A stretch of DNA of 64,000 bases from Dehalococcoidia bacterium (GCA_034423215.1 DAOUIY010000009.1:228572-292571); one strand, 5' to 3'. Shown: positions 28,575 through 38,529, counted from the stretch's first letter. Numbers and translations are program-made. The notes: generated by a model not told the origin, from the sequence alone.

Positions 28575-28685
28575 GTGAGATTGCCGAAGCGCCTGAAGTC
28601 CTGCCGGTAAACCATGACCCGGAAACCGAAACCTGTCTGATGGGTTGGAGCTTGGATGCTTCTGCTTCGTTCAGCATGACATTTC
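28575..28685. repeat. Diverged partial copy of repeat family C
   Basis: ATTGCCGAAGCGCCTGAAGTCCTGCC...GGAGCTTGGATGCTTCTGCTTCGTTCAGCATGACA parallels the internal blocks of copies C1 and C2. Confidence 0.5.
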
Positions 28686-28808
28686 TCCATAACCCAAACG
28701 CCCTGGGGGCGATAAAGTACCCGGTTGACAGGCGCACAGCCCACGAATAAACTTCCGCAAGCCTTGGGCTGCCCCGGTTTTCGACGGCCCGCAAACATGG
28801 CGTGAAAG

Positions 28809-30134
28809 GTGATGGCAGTGACTCAGATTAAGAGTTTCGGAACAATGAATGTTGACTGGGAGGAACGGGTGAATTTTGAGCGGCTCCGCACGGAAAGGCT
28901 GAACCGCATCAAGGGGCTGCTGAAGAACTCCGACCTGGGCGCCATTCTTTCCTTCGACATGAACAACATCCGGTACCTCACTGCCACCATCATCGGCACC
29001 TGGGCCCTGGACAAGCTGGTGCGCTTCTGCCTGCTGCCCCAGGACGACGAGCCAATTCTCTGGGACTTCGGCTCGGCGGCCCGTCACCACCAGCTTTACT
29101 GCCCCTGGCTGGGTGAACGTTCCCGGGCCGGCATTTCCACGCTGCGGGGCGCCACTCCTCCTTCCGCCAACCTGGCCGAGGACGTGGCGAAAAAAATCAA
29201 GGCCGAGCTGGAATTGCGGGGCCTGCAGAACGAACCCATCGGCGTTGACGTGGTTGAGCCGGTGGTGCTGTTTGCCCTGCAGAAGGAGGGCCTGAACGTG
29301 GTGGACGGGCAGCAAATCATGCTGGAAGCCCGCCGCATCAAGACCCAGGACGAGATTACCCTGCTCAACACCGCCTGCGCCATGGTGGACGCAGCCTACG
29401 ACGTTCTCTACCAGGAACTGCGGGCGGGCATAAGGGAGAACGACGGGGTTGCCCTGGTCAATAAGGTGCTCTACGAATTGGGCTCCGAGTTCGTGGAGGG
29501 GGTGAACGCCATAGGCGGCGAGCGCACCAGCCCCCACCCGCACATATTCGCCGACCGGATTCTCCGGCCCGGCGACCAGGTATATTTCGACATTCTCCAC
29601 AGCTACATGGGCTACCGTACCTGCTACTACCGCACCCTGGCCATCGGCAGCGCGTCCCAGTCTCAAATAGATGCTTACAAGAAATGCCGCGAAATACTGG
29701 ACGTCTCCATAGATGCGGTAAAGCCGGGCATCACCACGGCGGACATAGTGCAGCACTGGCCCAGGGCTGAGGAATTCGGTTTCGCCAACGAGGAGGCAGC
29801 CTTTGCGCTGCAATACGGGCACGGCGTCGGACTGAACATCTGGGAAGCGCCCATCTTCAGCCGCCTGTTCTCGCTGGAGCACCCGCAGCCCATTGAAGAG
29901 GGCATGGTCTTCGCCCTGGAGGCCTTCTGGCCGGCTTCCGACGGCTGGTCGGCCGCCCGCATTGAGGAGGAGGTCGTGGTCACCGCCGACGGCGCCCAAG
30001 TAATCACCCGCTTCCCGGCTGAGGAGTTGATGGTTGCGGGGGTCAAGTACTACACGGCCACGGGCCCGCTGCCCACGACCAGGGATGCCCAGTCCCACAA
30101 GAACCGGCCGGCCATGCCCGCGGCCCATTCCTGA
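28809..30134 (+). CDS. M24-fold protein (creatinase/prolidase-like) with atypical metal-ligand set
   Basis: 441 aa with a creatinase_N-like N-domain and a pita-bread C-domain (GDQVYFDILHSYMGYRTCYYRT, YGHGVGLNIWEAP, MVFALEAF, ARIEEEVVVT). The second canonical Asp position appears to be Cys. Confidence 0.65.
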   Translation: MMAVTQIKSFGTMNVDWEERVNFERLRTERLNRIKGLLKNSDLGAILSFDMNNIRYLTATIIGTWALDKLVRFCLLPQDDEPILWDFGSAARHHQLYCPWLGERSRAGISTLRGATPPSANLAEDVAKKIKAELELRGLQNEPIGVDVVEPVVLFALQKEGLNVVDGQQIMLEARRIKTQDEITLLNTACAMVDAAYDVLYQELRAGIRENDGVALVNKVLYELGSEFVEGVNAIGGERTSPHPHIFADRILRPGDQVYFDILHSYMGYRTCYYRTLAIGSASQSQIDAYKKCREILDVSIDAVKPGITTADIVQHWPRAEEFGFANEEAAFALQYGHGVGLNIWEAPIFSRLFSLEHPQPIEEGMVFALEAFWPASDGWSAARIEEEVVVTADGAQVITRFPAEELMVAGVKYYTATGPLPTTRDAQSHKNRPAMPAAHS

Positions 30135-30169
30135 TAGCGAACAGCGGCAACTCTACAGCACAAATGAAG

Positions 30170-30202
30170 ACAGGGAGGGGCGCATCCCCTCCCTGTTCTT
30201 TT
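30170..30202. terminator. Rho-independent terminator between convergent genes
   Basis: ACAGGGAGGGG-cgcat-CCCCTCCCTGT followed by TCTTTTG. Confidence 0.8.
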
Positions 30203-30237
30203 GCAGCTATTCTCTTGGGTGAGCCCGTTGCGTCTTG

Positions 30238-31188
30238 CTACTGGCCTTCGGGTGAGTCTGACAGTCCTTGCAGAATGTCCTCCAGGGCCCGGTCCAGGCC
30301 GGGGTCCAGTTCCACCGGCTCCACGTAGGGGACCACGTTGTAGTCGGAGCGCACCTGCTCGATGATGCGCTTGGCCTCGGCATTGTTTTCGGCCACCCGG
30401 TCCAGGTTGGCCTGCAAGTCCCGCGACTCGGATTCGCCCAGGGAAAGCAGTTCGCTCAGGTCAATATCCAGGCGGAACATGGCCTTGAGCCGCCGCATAA
30501 TGTCGTAGAAGGAGCGATGGTCCCGGAAAATGCCCATCTGCTCGTTGTTGGAAACCACGAAGGGATACATGGGAGCCATGGCTCCCAGCCTGAACATCTT
30601 GACTTCCGGGTATTGGAAGTGGGCCAGGGATACCATGGCCATGCCAATGGTAGGCCCCCGACGGCCTTCCGAGCCGCGGCTGGACATTATCAGGCCGTGG
30701 CGCTCCAGGCGCTCTTTCATTTCCGGGCGGCTGTAAACGCAGTTTATCCGCCGTTCCAGTTCCGGGGGAGCCGGCCCGTTCACGCCTTCCACGGCCACCG
30801 TCTCTTCAATGCCCAGTTCGCGCACCACCTGGAAGAAGCCTTCACCGTACAGGTCAATGCGACTCCAGGGTTCCTCGCCCAAAAAAACTATGAGGCCGTT
30901 TCCGGCGTCGTAAATGTCGTTCTCCCTGGTCATGGGGCTGGACGGCAGCCCGTCCTGGAATGCCGCTCCCGGACGGAAAGTGTCGTGGGTCCCGGCAACC
31001 TGGAAGGGATAGCAAAGCTCCGATATTCTGTCGCCCAGCTGGCCAATCTTCCGGGCGCCAAGCTTCTCAATCAGGTAGCGGGGAAGTCCGCTGGAAATCC
31101 TGCCCCCGTTGGACCACTGGCGCCGCCAGCCGGCAATCATGTATTTTGCTTCGGGTTTCTCGTGGAGGACTATTAACTCGTCGGCCAT
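30238..31188 (-). CDS. PAC2 (proteasome assembly chaperone 2-like) family protein
   Basis: Start MADELIVLHEKPEAKYMIAGWRRQWSNGG. General resemblance to bacterial PAC2-family proteins (..GW.D.G.. N-terminal strand). Weak motif-level call. Confidence 0.45.
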   Translation of the reverse strand: MADELIVLHEKPEAKYMIAGWRRQWSNGGRISSGLPRYLIEKLGARKIGQLGDRISELCYPFQVAGTHDTFRPGAAFQDGLPSSPMTRENDIYDAGNGLIVFLGEEPWSRIDLYGEGFFQVVRELGIEETVAVEGVNGPAPPELERRINCVYSRPEMKERLERHGLIMSSRGSEGRRGPTIGMAMVSLAHFQYPEVKMFRLGAMAPMYPFVVSNNEQMGIFRDHRSFYDIMRRLKAMFRLDIDLSELLSLGESESRDLQANLDRVAENNAEAKRIIEQVRSDYNVVPYVEPVELDPGLDRALEDILQGLSDSPEGQ

Positions 31189-31440
31189 GAAAACTTCCTC
31201 CTGTGGTGGACATTCAGCAGAGGGTAATTGTCCAAGCGGCAGCGACACTTCGGCGAATCGTCCCAGAGCAGCGCCCGCTTCTCGGTTTCGTTCAAGGCGC
31301 AGACATCCTCATGGATTACAGCGCCTTATACCTTTTCCAATTATAGCAGGATGCCACGAACACGCTGGCATGGCGACTCACGCCGGCGGGGGCGCCACTA
31401 ATGGTCAATCGGCTCACGAATGACCAATAGGCTGAAAGTC

Positions 31441-31512
31441 CGCCCGTGATGAACTTGTCGAACCATGAAAGGACGGCCCCTCGACAAGCTCAGGTTGAGC
31501 GGCAAACTCTAC
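31441..31512. repeat. Interspersed palindromic repeat family A copy
   Basis: CGCCCGTGATGAACTTGTCGAACCATGAAAGGACGGCCCCTCGACAAGCTCAGGTTGAGCGGCAA. Confidence 0.8.
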
Positions 31513-31578
31513 CGACAATTTCCAATAGGTCGGCTCCTTTTAGGGCAACCGTTTTGAAGCGATGCCTATAGCCTAGAT

Positions 31579-31658
31579 CGTCATTCCTGCGAAGGCAGGA
31601 ATCTGAACTCTTAACTGTCGAGGTTCCCGCCTGCGCGGGAAGGGCGGGTTGGGCCGGT
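31579..31658. repeat. Interspersed repeat family B copy
   Basis: CGTCATTCCTGCGAAGGCAGGAATCTGAAC...TGTCGAGGTTCCCGCCTGCGCGGGAAGGGCGGGTTGGG. Confidence 0.8.
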
Positions 31659-31688
31659 CCTTTCATTACTTCAGATTTGTCAGGGCAG

Positions 31689-33290
31689 CTAATTCCCCAA
31701 TTCAATGTCGTGGGCAATTTTTTCCGCGAGCATTATCACCGCCGGGTTGATGGGCGCCCTTACCAGGTCGGGCATGATGGAGGCGTCAACTATACGGAGA
31801 CCCTCAACGCCGTGAACACGCCCGAAGCGGTCAGTTACGGCCAGGGGGTCGCCGGCCGGGCCCATGCGGCAAGTGCAGGAAATATGGGAATAGGTGGTAA
31901 CCTCTCGCAGCAGCCAGTTATCCAGCGCCTCATCGGTGGACAGGTCCCCGCCGGCAGGTTCTTTGAGTTGCCCAATGTACGGGGACAACTCGGCGCGACG
32001 GGACAGGTCAAGAGCCAGCCTGACGCCCTCCCGCATCCTGCTGCGGTCAAAGGGGTCGGCGAGATAGTTGTAATGCATGGCCGGCTGGTCTCGATAATCG
32101 GCGGTTGCCAGTCTGAGTTCGCCCTGGCTGAGGGGCAGCAGCAGGGTGACCATCATTTCCGTGTAGCGGGCCACCGTTTCCGGGTCCCGGTCGCCGTCGG
32201 TCATGTTATGGGTGCGCGGCGGAACGTAGCAGGAAAGGCTGATTCCCAGGTCATTTCTGAGGTGGGAACCGGGCGCGGTCAGGCGCAGGGCCGCTCCCCC
32301 GGGCGCCGCCCTGGCCTGGGTAGGGGCGCCATCGGGCAACTGCCATGTGAGGTAGGCCTTGGGATGGTCCTTAAGATTCTTGCCCACCCCGGGGCTATCG
32401 TGGACTACCGGAATGCCCACTTCCGCCAGTTGCGGCGACGGCCCTACGCCGGACAGAAGGAGCAGTTGCGGCGAACCCACGGCCCCGGCGCTGAGTATGA
32501 CCTCACCAGCTTCGAGGCAGAAGGTCTCGCCTCCCGATTCAACCTCTACCCCCACCGCCCGCTTGCCCTCGAATCGCAGCCGGACCACCTGGCAGTTGGG
32601 CCTGATGGTCAGGTTCAGGCGGTGTCGTGCCAGGTCCAGGTATCCCAGGGCGGTGCTGAAACGGATGCCGTGATGGTTGTTGTTTATGCCGGGCCCGATG
32701 CCTACCGAATCGGGATTGTTGTGGTCATCGGTTTCCGGTATTCCGCTGGCAACGCAGGCATCGCGAAAGGCCCGCTGGGAAGGGTGCCAGGATTCCCGAC
32801 TGGAATGGTGTACGTAAATGGGGCCCTCAGTGCCGTGAAAGTCATCCTGGTGGTCGGCGTCCGTCTCCAGGCGCCGGAAGAAGGGCAGGACCTGCTCGTA
32901 ACTCCAGCCTTCATTTCCCATCGCAGCCCAGGCGTCGAAATCATCGGCTGTACCCCGAAAAAAGGCGGAGGAATTTATGGCGCTGGACCCGCCCGTCGCC
33001 TTACCCCGCGGCACCAGCATGGGCGGGGCCTGGTCGGTTGCCGTAGCCGTGTATTGCCAGCTATACGGGGATGCGGCGAGCCAGGTAGGATGGCCGCTGG
33101 GAGTCCTGGCGGCGGGAGGTGAGGGAGCCGCACTGAAGCCATATTTCAGCTCGTCGGGCAGCCGCTCAAAGTCCGGGTAGTCCGGCCCTGCTTCGATCAA
33201 CAGGACCGACTTTCCGGGATTCTCAGACAGGCGGCAGGCCAGCGCCGAACCGGCCGAGCCGGCGCCAACTATTATGTAATCGTACTTCAT
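31689..33290 (-). CDS. GMC-family FAD oxidoreductase (choline dehydrogenase-like)
   Basis: Start MKYDYIIVGAGSAGSALACRLSE (FAD GxGxxG). C-terminal HISCTCRMG...GLRIVDASIMP is the GMC signature. Confidence 0.85.
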   Translation of the reverse strand: MKYDYIIVGAGSAGSALACRLSENPGKSVLLIEAGPDYPDFERLPDELKYGFSAAPSPPAARTPSGHPTWLAASPYSWQYTATATDQAPPMLVPRGKATGGSSAINSSAFFRGTADDFDAWAAMGNEGWSYEQVLPFFRRLETDADHQDDFHGTEGPIYVHHSSRESWHPSQRAFRDACVASGIPETDDHNNPDSVGIGPGINNNHHGIRFSTALGYLDLARHRLNLTIRPNCQVVRLRFEGKRAVGVEVESGGETFCLEAGEVILSAGAVGSPQLLLLSGVGPSPQLAEVGIPVVHDSPGVGKNLKDHPKAYLTWQLPDGAPTQARAAPGGAALRLTAPGSHLRNDLGISLSCYVPPRTHNMTDGDRDPETVARYTEMMVTLLLPLSQGELRLATADYRDQPAMHYNYLADPFDRSRMREGVRLALDLSRRAELSPYIGQLKEPAGGDLSTDEALDNWLLREVTTYSHISCTCRMGPAGDPLAVTDRFGRVHGVEGLRIVDASIMPDLVRAPINPAVIMLAEKIAHDIELGN

Positions 33291-33467
33291 GGTTTTCCTC
33301 GTCTGATCCTGTGTCGCCCCGCGGTTGGCGCCTGGCAACTGCCAACCCTGAACGGCTCAAATGTCTGCACCGCCCAAGGAATTGTCAAACTGCGCAAGGC
33401 CGGCCGGGACAATTCCCCAGCCGGCCTTCTATCGTTTCCCGGTGGTTGCCCGGTTGGGCGCGGCCGC

Positions 33468-34388
33468 TCAGTCGTCGGCCGGCGCCGGTTCCGCGATGCG
33501 GTTGTCCACCAGGTCGGAACTGCAGGCGGCGCCGTCCAGCAGGCCCCACTTGACCATCCAGTGATATGTGTCCTCGATAATCTCGTCGTTATAGGGGGTG
33601 TTGTAGGAGTACCGGATGCGGGACAGGTGGAAATCCTCCGGCGTAATGCTGCCATACTTGACCGCCACGGAGGCAAACCTGGGTTCGTCAATCAGGTAGT
33701 GGAGATATTTCCGCTTGTCGGCGTTGATTATGTCAACGGCCTTTACCACGGCCCGGTTGATGGCGTTGAAAGTCTCCTCGTCCATGTTGTCGCTGGCGTT
33801 TTCGGCGCCCAGGTAGTGGCCTTCACAAACGGGCCGGCAGCCGAGCTTTTCCGCCAGGGTAATCCAGGGTTCCATCAGGGCTGCGGCATCCACATCACCG
33901 TTCATCAGGGCCTCAAAACGGTACTGGGGAGACCCGTAGTGGACCAGCTTTATTTTCTCCTCGGGCAGGTACCCGGACAGCAGCCGCAGGGCGACGTAGT
34001 GGGAGCCGGCATGGAACTGGACTGCCACCGATTTATTGCCCAGGGTGCCGGGATAATAGTGAGGCGAGTCCCCCCGCACCAGGATGGCCTGGCTGGCGAC
34101 GGCAGAGCGCAGGGCAATAATCTTGGCGCCCTGTTTGCTTTCGTAGGCCCGACGGACCTGACCCTCTTCTCAAGCGCGGTAAATTGAGACCTTGGCATCC
34201 TCAAAAGCCACATGCCCCAGAATCGGGTTGACCTCCTCCGGGTTCTCGGTATGGGCTACCTGGCCGCTGCTGACCGCGGTCACAAACTCCATTTCTATGC
34301 CTTCAGCCTCGAAAAGTCCCTCATCCCTGGCAACCAGCCAGGGCAGACTGAAAATCGCCCCGTTGATTTCGCTTACCACTTTCTTCAT
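33468..34388 (-). pseudogene. Cytoplasmic NMT1/THI5-like (periplasmic-binding-protein fold) gene interrupted by one in-frame TGA (34170-34172). Either a pseudogene, a recoded UGA or an assembly error.
   Basis: ORFs 34170..34589 and 33468..34079 are in the same frame (34169-34079=90). Read-through gives ...AKVSIYRA[TGA]EEGQVRRAYESKQGAKIIALRSAVASQAILVRGDSPHYY... Start MKKVVSEING at 34388 lies 8 nt after GGAGG. No signal peptide. Confidence 0.55.
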
Positions 34389-34673
34389 GTTTGGGACCTC
34401 CAAACGCAGCTTCTTTGAGACACCCAGGTTCTCTATGGATCTAGTTCTTCTAATGCCACTTTGCCCTTGCTTGGCACTTGTGGTTAGTTTAGCAAAGGTA
34501 ATAGGAAGCGTCCATTTTTGGCCGCCGGCAGCCGGCAGTGTGCCATGCGTGATTATGAATGACTGCTGCGACCGTTGCAACGAAGACAAAGCGAAGACCG
34601 AAGGGATTGACCGAAGGCATACCAGAGGGGGTCCTTTTGCCAGTTCTTGTCCTCTCCAGCCCCTCCTCCAACA

Positions 34674-34747
34674 ACCGCTCGTGGTGAACTCGTCGAACCA
34701 TACCCAAGTACGACCAAGTCCTTCGACAGGCTCAGGGTGGGCGGGAA
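34674..34747. repeat. Interspersed palindromic repeat family A copy (diverged)
   Basis: CCGCTCGTGGTGAACTCGTCGAACCATACC...CCTTCGACAGGCTCAGGGTGGGCGGGAA. Confidence 0.7.
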
Positions 34748-34919
34748 TATTTGGCGCCAGCCCGCATTTCAGCCGTCCTGCTTACTCTCCCTGGCTCAAC
34801 TTGACGCTGCCGGGCGGCGCAACTACAATCCGGTTCACCGCAAACTGGAGAACCTAGTTGCCGGCCCATATTTGCACGGCCTGGCCGGCGCGGGTCAACA
34901 ACGTAAAAAGGGGAGCAAT

Positions 34920-36518
34920 ATGCCTGAGATGACCGGCGGCCAAGCCCTGGCGAGGGCCCTGTATCTTGAAGGGGTGCGGGTCATTTTCGGCCTGCCTGGC
35001 GTTCAGCTTTACCATGCCCTGGACGGCCTGCAGGGTGAGCCGGGAATCCGGTTTATCACCACCCGCCACGAGCAGGCGACGACCTACATGGCTGACGGGT
35101 ACGCCCGGGCCGGTGGGGGCATTGGCACCGCCATGATGGTCCCGGGGCCGGGCCTGCAGAATGCGTCCGCCGGCATCGGTACCGCCTTTGCCGCATCCTC
35201 CCCCATCCTGGTGGTCTCGGGCCAGATTGAGCGGGACCTGATCGGCGTTGACCGGGGAATACTCCATGAAGTGAATGACCAACTGGATACGATACGCCCC
35301 GTCACCAAGTGGGCCAAGCGTATCCTGGACCCGGCCGAGATTCCCGACGCCGTGCATGAAGCCTTCTACCACCTGAAGACCGGAAGGCCGCGCCCGGTGG
35401 AAATCGAGATTCCGCCCGAGACCCTGGCCGAGGTAGCCAACGTTGACCTGCACGAGCCCGAAGAGTACCCGAGGCCCGTCGCCGATGCGGCCAGGGTCCG
35501 CGAGGGGGCGCAGATAATGTCCCAGGCCGTCAATCCGCTTATTTGGGCCGGCGGCGGCGTCATATCTTCAGGGGCGCAGGAGGCGCTGCTAAGGGTCGCC
35601 GAACACCTGCAAGCCCCAATAATAACCACCCCCGAGGGGAAGGGGGCTATCTCCGAAAAACATCCGCTGGCCCTGGGAGCGCACCGGCTGCGCAACGACC
35701 CAGTGGCCAGGGAGGAACCCCACTTTGACGCAATCCTGGCCGTGGGGACCCGCATGGCCAACCCGGCCTGGCTGGGAGGGCAGCGCATCGTCCAGATAGA
35801 CATAGACGATGCTGAGTTGGGCCGCAACTACGAGAATACCTTTGGCATTCTCGGCGACGCCCGCCTAACCCTGGAAGGCTTGAACGAAAACCTGCGGCAA
35901 ATGGGGCCGGCCCGTTCCAGCAGGGCTGAGGAGTTCGATGCCCTGAGGCAGCGGCGCGCCGAATCGGCCATCCGGGTTGAGCCCCAGGAGTCCATCACAG
36001 CAACCATCCGGGATGTAATGCCTGATGACGGCATACTCATTTCGGGCATGACCCAGATTGGATACTACTGCCGGGCCTTCTTCCCGGTTTACGAACCCCG
36101 CACCTTCCTGACCTCCTCCTATGCCGGCAACCTGGGGTATGCCTTTCCGGTGGCGCTGGGCGCCAAGGTAGCCCAGCCCGACAAGGCAGTGGTGGCCGTC
36201 TCAGGCGACGGGGGATTCCTGTTCAATTCCCAGGAACTGGCCACGGCGGTGCAGTACGGCATCAACGCCGTGGTGATAGTTTTCAATGACAATGCCTACG
36301 GCAACGTACTCCGGGACCAGGTCAACCGCTTCGAGGGCCGGGTTTACGGGGCGGCCCTGCATAACCCGGATTTCGTGAAGTTGGCCGAGGCCTACGGCGC
36401 CCGGGGCGTCAGGACTGACATTGACGGTCTCGGCGCGGCCTTGGCCGAGGCGCTGGCCGTTGACGCCCCGACTCTCATTGAAGTGCCCGTACAGGGAATG
36501 CCCACGCCCTTTGAGTAG
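34920..36518 (+). CDS. Thiamine-diphosphate enzyme (acetolactate synthase large-subunit-like)
   Basis: Start MPEMTGGQALARALYLEGV at 34920 follows GGGGAG. ThDP motif GNLGYAFPVALGAK...GDGGFLFN...NDN. The upstream part of ORF 34647.. is made of repeat family A sequence. Confidence 0.8.
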   Translation: MPEMTGGQALARALYLEGVRVIFGLPGVQLYHALDGLQGEPGIRFITTRHEQATTYMADGYARAGGGIGTAMMVPGPGLQNASAGIGTAFAASSPILVVSGQIERDLIGVDRGILHEVNDQLDTIRPVTKWAKRILDPAEIPDAVHEAFYHLKTGRPRPVEIEIPPETLAEVANVDLHEPEEYPRPVADAARVREGAQIMSQAVNPLIWAGGGVISSGAQEALLRVAEHLQAPIITTPEGKGAISEKHPLALGAHRLRNDPVAREEPHFDAILAVGTRMANPAWLGGQRIVQIDIDDAELGRNYENTFGILGDARLTLEGLNENLRQMGPARSSRAEEFDALRQRRAESAIRVEPQESITATIRDVMPDDGILISGMTQIGYYCRAFFPVYEPRTFLTSSYAGNLGYAFPVALGAKVAQPDKAVVAVSGDGGFLFNSQELATAVQYGINAVVIVFNDNAYGNVLRDQVNRFEGRVYGAALHNPDFVKLAEAYGARGVRTDIDGLGAALAEALAVDAPTLIEVPVQGMPTPFE

Positions 36519-36598
36519 CCCTCATTGGCGGCAAGCGGCGCCCAACAGCGCCTTTGGCTGAACGACTTGGTCTGAACGGGTTTTGGAGGTAGCTCAAC

Positions 36599-37684
36599 TT
36601 GGCAGGTTCGGACGGAGCTTCCAGGGTAAATTGGCCGGTCAAATTTGGCATTTTTGACTGGATTGATGGCAATGGCTCCTCGCCTTACGAATTGTACGAG
36701 CAGCGTCTGAGGTTTCTGGAGTACGCCGACCGGGCCGGCTTCTATTGTTACCAGATGGCCGAGCACCAGGGCACACCCCTGGGCATGGCTCCCTCCCCCA
36801 GCGTTTTCCTGTCCGCGGTGGCACAGAGGACCCGCAACCTGCGGTTTGGGCCACTGGTTTACCCCCTGCCCTTCTACAATCCCCTCCGCCTGATAGAAGA
36901 AATCTGCATGTTGGACCAGCTCAGCCAGGGACGGCTGGAGGTGGGAATTGGCCGGGGAATTTCGGCCTACGAACTGGGCTTCTTCGACATTGACGTTGAC
37001 CGGTCCCGGGAGATGTTCCGGGAAGCCCTGGACATCCTGATTATGGGGCTCAAGACGGGCAAGGTTTCCTACGAGGGCAAGCACTACACCTTCAAGGACG
37101 TTACCCTGCCGCTGGCGGCCTGGCAGAAGCCCTATCCGCCCCTTTGGTACCCGACAGCCAACCCCGAATCCATTCGGTGGATTGCCGGGGAGGGCATAAG
37201 CACGGTCACCCATTACCCGCCCATGGAGGAAATGCGGGAGCACATAGACCTGTACAAGTCCGTATGGGAGGAGAATCGGGGGAGGGACGGCCGGTTGAAC
37301 GGCCACGAACCGGAGCCAAAGTACGGAATTACCCGGCACATATATCTTGCCGAAACCGACGGGCAGGCGCTGAGAGAGGCCAGGGCAGGCTTCGCAGACT
37401 TCATCGCCAACTTCAACCACCTGCGTATCTTGAACGGTGACGACACCGGGCGCACTGCATACCTGGCCGATTTCGATGGACGTCTGGCCGACGGGCTGCA
37501 CATAGTGGGCTCGCCCGAAACAGTCCGAGATACCCTGGAAGAACACCTGAGCATTACCGGCTCAAATTACTTCGTTGGCTCCTTCTTCTTCGGCTCCCTT
37601 ACCGCCGAACAGACGTTGAACTCCCTGCGCCTGTTCGCCGAGCAGGTGATGCCTCACTTCCAAACCGGGCCAGTCTCCGCGTGA
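36599..37684 (+). CDS. LLM-class (luciferase-like) flavin-dependent monooxygenase
   Basis: FGIFDWIDGNG...LYEQRLRFLEYADRAGFYCYQMAEHQGTPLGMAPSP is typical of the LLM family. TTG start 8 nt after GGAGG. Confidence 0.8.
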   Translation: MAGSDGASRVNWPVKFGIFDWIDGNGSSPYELYEQRLRFLEYADRAGFYCYQMAEHQGTPLGMAPSPSVFLSAVAQRTRNLRFGPLVYPLPFYNPLRLIEEICMLDQLSQGRLEVGIGRGISAYELGFFDIDVDRSREMFREALDILIMGLKTGKVSYEGKHYTFKDVTLPLAAWQKPYPPLWYPTANPESIRWIAGEGISTVTHYPPMEEMREHIDLYKSVWEENRGRDGRLNGHEPEPKYGITRHIYLAETDGQALREARAGFADFIANFNHLRILNGDDTGRTAYLADFDGRLADGLHIVGSPETVRDTLEEHLSITGSNYFVGSFFFGSLTAEQTLNSLRLFAEQVMPHFQTGPVSA

Positions 37685-38421
37685 ATGAACGGAGTAGTTC
37701 CTCCGGCGGCGCGCGGCGACCGAGCAACCCCGGGGGAATCAGTTCACTCCCCGAACTCCACCGGCGCATAGTTGGGTGCCGTCTTTGTCCCCGCCTGGTC
37801 GCCCACCGGGAACACATTGCCCAGGCCAGGGTAGCCAGGTTTCGGGAGCAGGAATACTGGGGACGGCCCGTGCCGCCCTTTGGCGACCCCAATGCCAGAA
37901 TTCTCGTCATGGGGCTGGCCCCGGCGGCCCACGGCGGCAACCGCACCGGCCGTTCCTTTACGGGAGACCCCAGCGGGGACTGGCTGTTCGGCGCCCTCCA
38001 CCGGGCCGGATTCGCCAACCAGCCCAACTCCGAGTCCCTGGACGACGGCCTGGTATTGACCGACGTGTACATCACCAACGCGGTACGGTGCGCCCCGCCG
38101 GACAACAAGCCCAACCCCGCAGAGAAGGCCGCCTGCCGGCCCTTCCTGGTCCGGGAGTTGGTATTACTGGAGAAGGTGAGGGTAGTAGTCGCCCTGGGCA
38201 AGTTTGCCTTTGACGCTTACCTTCAGACCAGGGCCGCTGCCGGCCTGGCCAACCCAAAGCCTCTGCCCAGATTCGGTCACGGGCAGACCTGTGAACTTGA
38301 AGGCGGCATTACCCTGGTTTCTTCCTACCACCCCAGCCGCCAGAACACGCAGACGGGCAAACTTACCAGGGAAATGTTTGACTCGATATTTCTGCTGGCC
38401 CGCGACACGATAGGGGGCTGA
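37681..38421 (+). CDS. Uracil-DNA glycosylase superfamily protein (family 4/5-like)
   Basis: CRLCPRL, then ILVMGLAPAAHGGNRTGRSFTGDPSGDWL and SSYHPSRQN, matching the family-5 (UdgB-like) motif layout. The GTG start overlaps the LLM stop (GTGA). Confidence 0.6.
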   Translation: MNERSSSSGGARRPSNPGGISSLPELHRRIVGCRLCPRLVAHREHIAQARVARFREQEYWGRPVPPFGDPNARILVMGLAPAAHGGNRTGRSFTGDPSGDWLFGALHRAGFANQPNSESLDDGLVLTDVYITNAVRCAPPDNKPNPAEKAACRPFLVRELVLLEKVRVVVALGKFAFDAYLQTRAAAGLANPKPLPRFGHGQTCELEGGITLVSSYHPSRQNTQTGKLTREMFDSIFLLARDTIGG

Positions 38422-38529
38422 ATCCCAAGACCCGACTTCACACCGCCAGACGGCAATCCCCTCTACGGCACAGCATGCGGCAACAGGAGCCGCGACAGCA
38501 AAGGCCGCTGCCTAAAGGGCACCGGAGGT

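Noticed and set aside
34090-34172. A bacterial SECIS element downstream of the in-frame TGA.
   Set aside because: Only a 5-6 bp hairpin (AGGUCC-GUC-GGGCCU) is visible, far weaker than canonical ~40-nt SECIS stem-loops. It is kept as a caveat in the TGA finding rather than annotated as a feature.
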